From NCBI GenBank assembly GCA_965603825.1, contig CBFDEM010000056.1:62001-126000 (forward strand): a stretch of 64,000 nt of DNA. Direction: 5' to 3'. Each line of letters opens with the position of its first letter. The first letter of the stretch is position 1. The notes beneath the pieces were generated by a model. That model was not told the origin of the DNA. It saw nothing but the letters and a program-made list of their open reading frames with translations, and ran no database searches. Source of the stretch: Blepharisma stoltei ATCC 30299 (lineage: Eukaryota; Protista; Ciliophora). The position numbers and the translations under genes are program-made. This document shows, in pieces, positions 58,837 through 64,000 of this stretch.

Positions 58837-59643
58837 CTAATATCTTCTTGGTCTACCTCTGCCGCCTCTTCCTCTGCCACCTCTTGAGGAACCGCCACTT
58901 CTTTTTTCCCCAGCAAAATCGATTTTGAGTTCTCTCCCTTCTAATTCCTTCCCATTCAGTTTGATTGCTGCATCCGCAGAATCAGTTGACTCAAATTCGA
59001 CGTGGGCAAATCCACGTTTATTCCCATCCTGGTCATGCGCAATTCTCACCTGCTTTATTGATCCACAGTCGCTGAAGAAATCAGTCAAGTTGTTTTCGTC
59101 AGCATTATAAGGGAGGTTTCCTACAAACACAGTGCTTGTGCTTCCACGTCCGCTGCCTCCTGACTCTCTGTGTTTGTTAGGCTTGTCACCTGATAGGTTG
59201 ATTCTCAAGGTGCGGCCCATATGCTCTGATCCGTTAAGACGAATGGCTTCTTGGGCTTCTTCTGGGCTTGAAAACTTGATGAAAGCAGAGCCTTTAGATT
59301 TGCCTTGGTCGTTTTTGAGGATTTTTATGTTGGTGATGGACCCACAGTTTTTGAAAAACTTTTGAAGGTCGGAATCGTCAGCTTCCCAGGAGAGGCCTCC
59401 TACGAAAACTTCGGATTGCTCGTCACCTTTGTCTTCATATGACGCTGGTTCCCTTTGACGCTTTTGAGGATGAGAATCACTTCCACTGGATCCAGGGCTG
59501 CCGTAGCCTTTGTTTTTCTTAGAGCTGGAACCTTTGTATCTGGGGTCGTCGCTGTCGGAGTCGTGTTCGTATTTTTTGCTTGAGGATTTGTATTCTTGTT
59601 CAGATCCAGAGCTTTCGTCTGATCCCTTAGCGTATTTTCCCAT
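58837..59643 (-). CDS. Nucleolin/NSR1/Gar2-like RNA-binding protein (two RRMs plus RGG tail)
   Basis: VFVGGL / KGSAFIKF; VFVGNL / RGFAHVEF; RGGRGRGGRGR. Confidence 0.9.
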   Translation of the reverse strand: MGKYAKGSDESSGSEQEYKSSSKKYEHDSDSDDPRYKGSSSKKNKGYGSPGSSGSDSHPQKRQREPASYEDKGDEQSEVFVGGLSWEADDSDLQKFFKNCGSITNIKILKNDQGKSKGSAFIKFSSPEEAQEAIRLNGSEHMGRTLRINLSGDKPNKHRESGGSGRGSTSTVFVGNLPYNADENNLTDFFSDCGSIKQVRIAHDQDGNKRGFAHVEFESTDSADAAIKLNGKELEGRELKIDFAGEKRSGGSSRGGRGRGGRGRPRRY

Positions 59644-59905
59644 GATTTATTAATATGAGCCACACAATTCGCCATATAGGTATTAAAGGAAAAGGATTAA
59701 ATTTTAAAATTTTTATCTTATTTCCTCTTACTTGTGTCATAATTATATAAGAGACCAGTAAAATAATGGTGAATTTATTTTTTTGAAGCCTTTTCCTCTA
59801 TTTTTATTAATTTTTCAAAGGGTGTTAAAAATAAAAAACATTAATCCTATCAATTTACTTTATATTTTAAAGTCTTCCTAAAAGTATTCCATCAGAAAAT
59901 ATTTT

Positions 59906-60880
59906 TTAATCTAAAATAATTTGCATTCTTATGCTGGCTCTTGCCATTTCTAAAACCCCTTCATAAGTCTGCGCTCCACCAATAAATCCTGTATTATGGA
60001 CAAAAATAGTCCCAGGTATTCCACTGATTTTCTCAAGTTCTTCATCTCTTTTGCCTCTCCACGCTTCAGGTAATGACAATCTGTTCTGAAACATAACTCC
60101 ATTTTCCCCTACACATTGGATTCTCCATCTGCCATCTCCATCCTGATACAATACATAAAGGATTCTATCTATTCCCATTTCTTCTTCAATTGTATATAGA
60201 TGGTCTTTCCATGGACATGTCCTCTCCAATCTGACTATTTTTAATGTTGAGTCTACTTCGCCTCTTGCCAAAATAGATCTTACGACTATATCACGAGCAG
60301 GCAGCCATTCTTCTAAAGCGTTAAACAAAATTCCTTTAAAGTCTTCTCCAGCAAGCTCCATAGCTTTTAGAAATCTTGGCATTGGGTCTTCAGGCCTGCT
60401 CCAAGATGGGTTAAGTCTTGATATTCTTGAAGCCAAGCCTGTGTTTTCTTTATATAGCTCGTGCTCACTGTTTCTGTACTGTGGAACGCCGTTATCAATG
60501 CCGTCTAAACATTGGAATAAATCTCGATACATCCTGAAATACATTAAATCAAGAATATTTTCGTCACGAATTTCGGTTAATTTTGATAAAACTTCTTTCC
60601 CGAAATGTTTCCAGATAAGTCCAGCGCTGCTCATTCTGACTGATGTGTATTTACCACCAAAAGTGTCGGTAAATGATTTTTGGTGATGGTCGAATCTGTT
60701 CTGAGAAGGATCGTAGACATCGCCGACATCAACGACAATATCTAAAGTGTCAAGAATTGTTTTGTCTCTGGTTCGGATTATTTCTGCATCTTTATAAGTG
60801 TCTGTTTGCTTCAGCAAGAAACAAGCCATGACTTCGTCTGCGTGGAATTGTCCATTATGAGTGCCTATTCTCTTCACCAT
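59906..60880 (-). CDS. MYG1: MYG1 (UPF0160) exonuclease
   Basis: IGTHNGQFHADE, IIRTRD, VVDVG, FDHHQ, SSAGLIWKHFG, DGIDNG, PWKDHL, LPEAWRG, FVH..GFIGG; likely start MVKR at 60880. Confidence 0.95.
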   Translation of the reverse strand: MVKRIGTHNGQFHADEVMACFLLKQTDTYKDAEIIRTRDKTILDTLDIVVDVGDVYDPSQNRFDHHQKSFTDTFGGKYTSVRMSSAGLIWKHFGKEVLSKLTEIRDENILDLMYFRMYRDLFQCLDGIDNGVPQYRNSEHELYKENTGLASRISRLNPSWSRPEDPMPRFLKAMELAGEDFKGILFNALEEWLPARDIVVRSILARGEVDSTLKIVRLERTCPWKDHLYTIEEEMGIDRILYVLYQDGDGRWRIQCVGENGVMFQNRLSLPEAWRGKRDEELEKISGIPGTIFVHNTGFIGGAQTYEGVLEMARASIRMQIILD

Positions 60881-61015
60881 ACTTTTTACTAAACTAATCA
60901 TATAAGTATCACAAAACTGCAAGGGGATAACAGAAATTTTTTATAATTATTTAAAAATTGGTTAAAATTGAGGTTTTTGATTATTTTTTATCTAAAATTT
61001 TTATTTTTTTAATAA

Positions 61016-62140
61016 ATGTCATCAAAATTTAATGAAAAAGACATAGATGGAACTAATGAAGAAAACTTAAAAGAGATAGAAATTAAGCCACAAAATAAAA
61101 GACCAAAGCTATTTGGAGAAGATGGGAAAATTTCGAGTGACGTGAGAAGGGATTTAAAAAAAACAGAACATTATAGAACCAGCCAAGGCTTTACTCCATT
61201 CGACCCTGACATTGTAAAAGAGCAGCTGCAGCAGGTCACGTGAGGGTTTGGAGAAGATGCAGAAAATGAAGTCATAAGCAAAGAAGATATGATTTTTTAT
61301 GAAGAAGTATTAGATCTAAACAAATTAAAAAATCGAAAAGGATTAACAGATAAGCAGAGGAAAACTATTAGGCAGCTTGAAGCTGCCAATGAAAAAGTAG
61401 GGAATTTTGCTAAGGAGCTTGAGAATTTACACAAGAAAACTCAAGAAGGCTTAACTCAAGGCCAAACCAGAAGAATGGAACAATTAGCCGAAAGGCTTGA
61501 AGAAATGCAAGGTGAAAGAGACATGATAGAAGAAAAGCTAAGATCAAGCTTTTTTGACTCCTACCAACCTTTTAAGAAAAAAGTCAAAGGAGAATACGAC
61601 TACAGCAGTGATGAAGACGAATTCTATGACCGAGCCAAAAATAATCCCAAAATAGTCCAAGAATCCTCAACTGAAGAGCTTCAAGAAAAACTCGGCAAGC
61701 TTTTAAATGAAAGATTACAGGTCAGAATAGAAATAGAAAAATCCAACCAAGAAGAAGAATTTGACGCTGAAGACACCTTAGACGCTTATATGAATGAAAA
61801 CTCTGTTGTCTTGAAAAGGGAAAATCTAGATAGGCTAGCTATGAAATTGAGAGATTTAAATTCAAAAATTGATGAAATTTATGCAGTCAAGCCTGGATTA
61901 TGCCCAAAGCAAAAAGAAGAAATAAAGATAATAGAAGAGGTAAGCAAAGAAGAAGACAAAGAAATAAGAGATGGGCTTAAAAAGAGAAGAGTATATGGAG
62001 CTGAAGAAAAGCCTGTCCCAAGAAATGAAGAAATTAAAGCAAATGATCTGGATTTTTATGATGAAAATGAATCATGAATGCCTCCAGAAGGCCAGACAGG
62101 CGATGGCAGGACTAATTTGAATGAAAAATATGGGTATTAA
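61016..62140 (+). CDS. Kanadaptin (SLC4A1AP)-like protein lacking an obvious FHA domain
   Basis: TW(TGA)GFGEDA, DEDEFYDR, DTLDAYM and C-terminal W(TGA)MPPEGQTGDGRTNLNEKYGY*. Confidence 0.82.
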
Positions 62141-62159
62141 ATAATATTAAAGTAATGGT

Positions 62160-63932
62160 TTAGCTTATTTTTAATGCAGATTCTCTTACAGCTTGGACTT
62201 GTGAAGTCTGAAGCTCGCTCACAAGCTTTAGGACTGCATCGCTATACCCAGCTACCACGATATTTTTTCCTCTGTCTTCAAGATCAGCCCCAAGCATGTC
62301 CCTTCCATATCCTGCAAGATCAATGGTAATGTATTTCATATTTGGGTTGACCTCGTTCCTATATTTTTCTAGGATTCCGCTGACAGTTCTACCTCTATTA
62401 TCTTGGTTGAAGGTAGTGTTCATTTTTTCAGTTGAAATTATCATATCTGAAAATATGAACATGTTATCTATATGAACTTTTTTTTCGATTATTTCGTCAA
62501 ACCAATCAAAAGGATAGTCATTGTCATAACCAAGTTTTTCAGATAATGTCATTGCTGTTTGCATTTGGTCGAGAATGTTGTCACCTTCTAGCTCAACTGG
62601 AAGCCAACAGGTAGGGGTTTCAGGTGGCTTAGGACTGGAAAGAAGGTATACTTGGGAGCTCTCACATACGTGTCTAAGCATCATCCCAAATAAAATTCCA
62701 AGTTCCATACAGCATCTTACGCTCCCAAATGTCATGTCTCCAGAGATTCGGCATCTCATTGAGCCAGAGGTGTCACAAAATATGACTGAATGCCCTTTGA
62801 TTGGTTTGACGTTTAATGCTGTTGCAAGCTTAACTGATTCTTCCAGAGCACTTTTATATTCATCAATAGTGGCCTGAGTAGGGACATTTTTCGGAATAAT
62901 TTTTTTCCTCAGCCACTTCTTCTTCAGTCCTCTTTTCCCTTCAGGAACTGGCGGCTCAAAAGTTGGGTCATCATGAAGTTTTTGAAGTTGCTCTAAGTCA
63001 ATCTTCAAAACATCATACGCAGAGAAAAATCTAAAAGGGAAAAGCATTGATTTTTCTATCTGGTCTGGGTCTCTTAGTCTATCTTGGACTATTTTGTGTG
63101 TTTCTTGGTCAACCCCTGTAATGATAAAGTTTCTTATGTTTCTAAGCATTGCCATGAAGGGGAGTTTTCTTGACTTTATTAGAGATTCCCAGATTTCTGG
63201 CTTATTGCCGCCTGCGCTTAATTGTGTTTCCCATGTGACTGGAGTTTCTATTTTCATCCTTTTTCCTGATAGACTAGGATTGAATTCCCCTTCGACATTG
63301 AGTCCTGACTCTGCAAACACATCAGAATTTTCAGGATATCTTTTGCCGAGGACGCACATAACAGAAGAAGCAGGGGATTTTACATGGCAAAGTCTGATGA
63401 TCTGCTTCATACTGATTTTACCTTTTCTCGAGCTGCTATTTTTCTTAAGCAAAGAGCGCTTTCTTTTGCCTTCGGAGCAGTATTTGCCGAGATGGTAAAC
63501 TGAAAATTCGGAGAATTTCGAGGTAATAACTTCTCTAAGGCATCTAGGGATTTTCAGCATTTTTGAGTTCCCTTCGCCTTGAGTTATGAGCTGATAAAAC
63601 TCTACAACCTCTATGAGATCTCCAGGGAGTCGAATGGTGTGTGAGAAATATTTCTTAAGGAATGTTTTGCATACTGGGTGGCTGGCAGCCCATGCAACTA
63701 TGTAGTTAGACATTGCTCGAAGATTCAGATGATTTCGAGTGAAGTAAGCTAACTGACATATAAATTCAGGATCGATTGATGAAACCTCTGTCATATCATT
63801 GCTGATATCTTTAAGCCTGTTTGTCGAGTCCTCATAGTACTTCGGTTCACGAACAAGGCAGGCTGACACGCGGTTTACCAATCTTTCGAGAGGATCCTTT
63901 AAAAAATCTCCTACAACAACTCTTTCGTCCAT
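62160..63932 (-). CDS. TROVE plus vWA RNA-binding protein (telomerase p80 / TEP1 N-terminal type)
   Basis: DPEFICQLAY.TR..LNLR, F..Y.LGKY, TWETQLS..GN, KLPFMAMLRNIRN, FPFRFFSAY, MIDAS DTSGSM. Confidence 0.9.
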   Translation of the reverse strand: MDERVVVGDFLKDPLERLVNRVSACLVREPKYYEDSTNRLKDISNDMTEVSSIDPEFICQLAYFTRNHLNLRAMSNYIVAWAASHPVCKTFLKKYFSHTIRLPGDLIEVVEFYQLITQGEGNSKMLKIPRCLREVITSKFSEFSVYHLGKYCSEGKRKRSLLKKNSSSRKGKISMKQIIRLCHVKSPASSVMCVLGKRYPENSDVFAESGLNVEGEFNPSLSGKRMKIETPVTWETQLSAGGNKPEIWESLIKSRKLPFMAMLRNIRNFIITGVDQETHKIVQDRLRDPDQIEKSMLFPFRFFSAYDVLKIDLEQLQKLHDDPTFEPPVPEGKRGLKKKWLRKKIIPKNVPTQATIDEYKSALEESVKLATALNVKPIKGHSVIFCDTSGSMRCRISGDMTFGSVRCCMELGILFGMMLRHVCESSQVYLLSSPKPPETPTCWLPVELEGDNILDQMQTAMTLSEKLGYDNDYPFDWFDEIIEKKVHIDNMFIFSDMIISTEKMNTTFNQDNRGRTVSGILEKYRNEVNPNMKYITIDLAGYGRDMLGADLEDRGKNIVVAGYSDAVLKLVSELQTSQVQAVRESALKIS

Positions 63933-64000
63933 TTTATTAGGTAAGGATAGATGCTGAAAATATGCACAAAAATATGGTGAGACTGGTATAAACTAATATA

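Noticed and set aside
127-63498. Numerous antisense or overlapping ORFs in the track (for example 5102..5392, 26301..26594, 34649..35311, 44692..45033, 56306..56797, 63094..63498)
   Set aside because: They are shadows of well-supported genes on the opposite strand or in another frame, with Ser/Phe/Leu-rich composition and no motifs.
1-64000. Many fragmented ORFs interpreted as mass pseudogenisation or selenoproteins
   Set aside because: The interrupting codon is TGA, the frame is preserved, and it aligns with conserved Trp rather than Cys.
1-64000. Standard ciliate code (UAA/UAG = Gln) or a fully ambiguous Condylostoma-type code
   Set aside because: No in-frame TAA/TAG occurs in intact coding regions except inside 15-nt introns; genes end cleanly at TAA/TAG.
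1-64000. Telomeric repeats or chromosome-breakage sites
   Set aside because: No tandem C-rich/G-rich telomere-like arrays were seen.

Overview
Gene-dense, AT-rich eukaryotic DNA that looks like the macronuclear genome of a heterotrich ciliate, most likely Blepharisma (inferred from the code and intron size, not from a database match). TGA is read as Trp. It falls at invariant Trp positions, including chitin synthase QRRR-W, PMCA W-GRN, SprT W-SKRM and Yippee G-W-KY, while every reconstructed gene ends in TAA or TAG. Spliceosomal introns are 15 nt; five were found, each GT...AG with TA at positions 9-10. The supplied standard-code ORF track therefore fragments many genes. Reassembled, the window holds about 35 protein genes, one tRNA-Lys(UUU), several pseudogenes and a decayed non-LTR reverse transcriptase fragment. 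Highlights: (1) a protein with three GTSF1/Asterix-type CHHC zinc fingers fused to a RING E3 domain; (2) a chitin synthase with a C-terminal XRE-type helix-turn-helix; (3) a secreted-type receptor with two Venus-flytrap domains on a roughly 9-TM module; (4) a bacterial-type Cdd1/McrB-like HhH gene that uses the host TGA-Trp code, plus a dead tandem copy; (5) an RPGRIP1L-like protein carrying about 14 EF-hands; (6) a GC-rich hairpin between divergent genes. All family calls come from motif recognition by eye, with no searches run.
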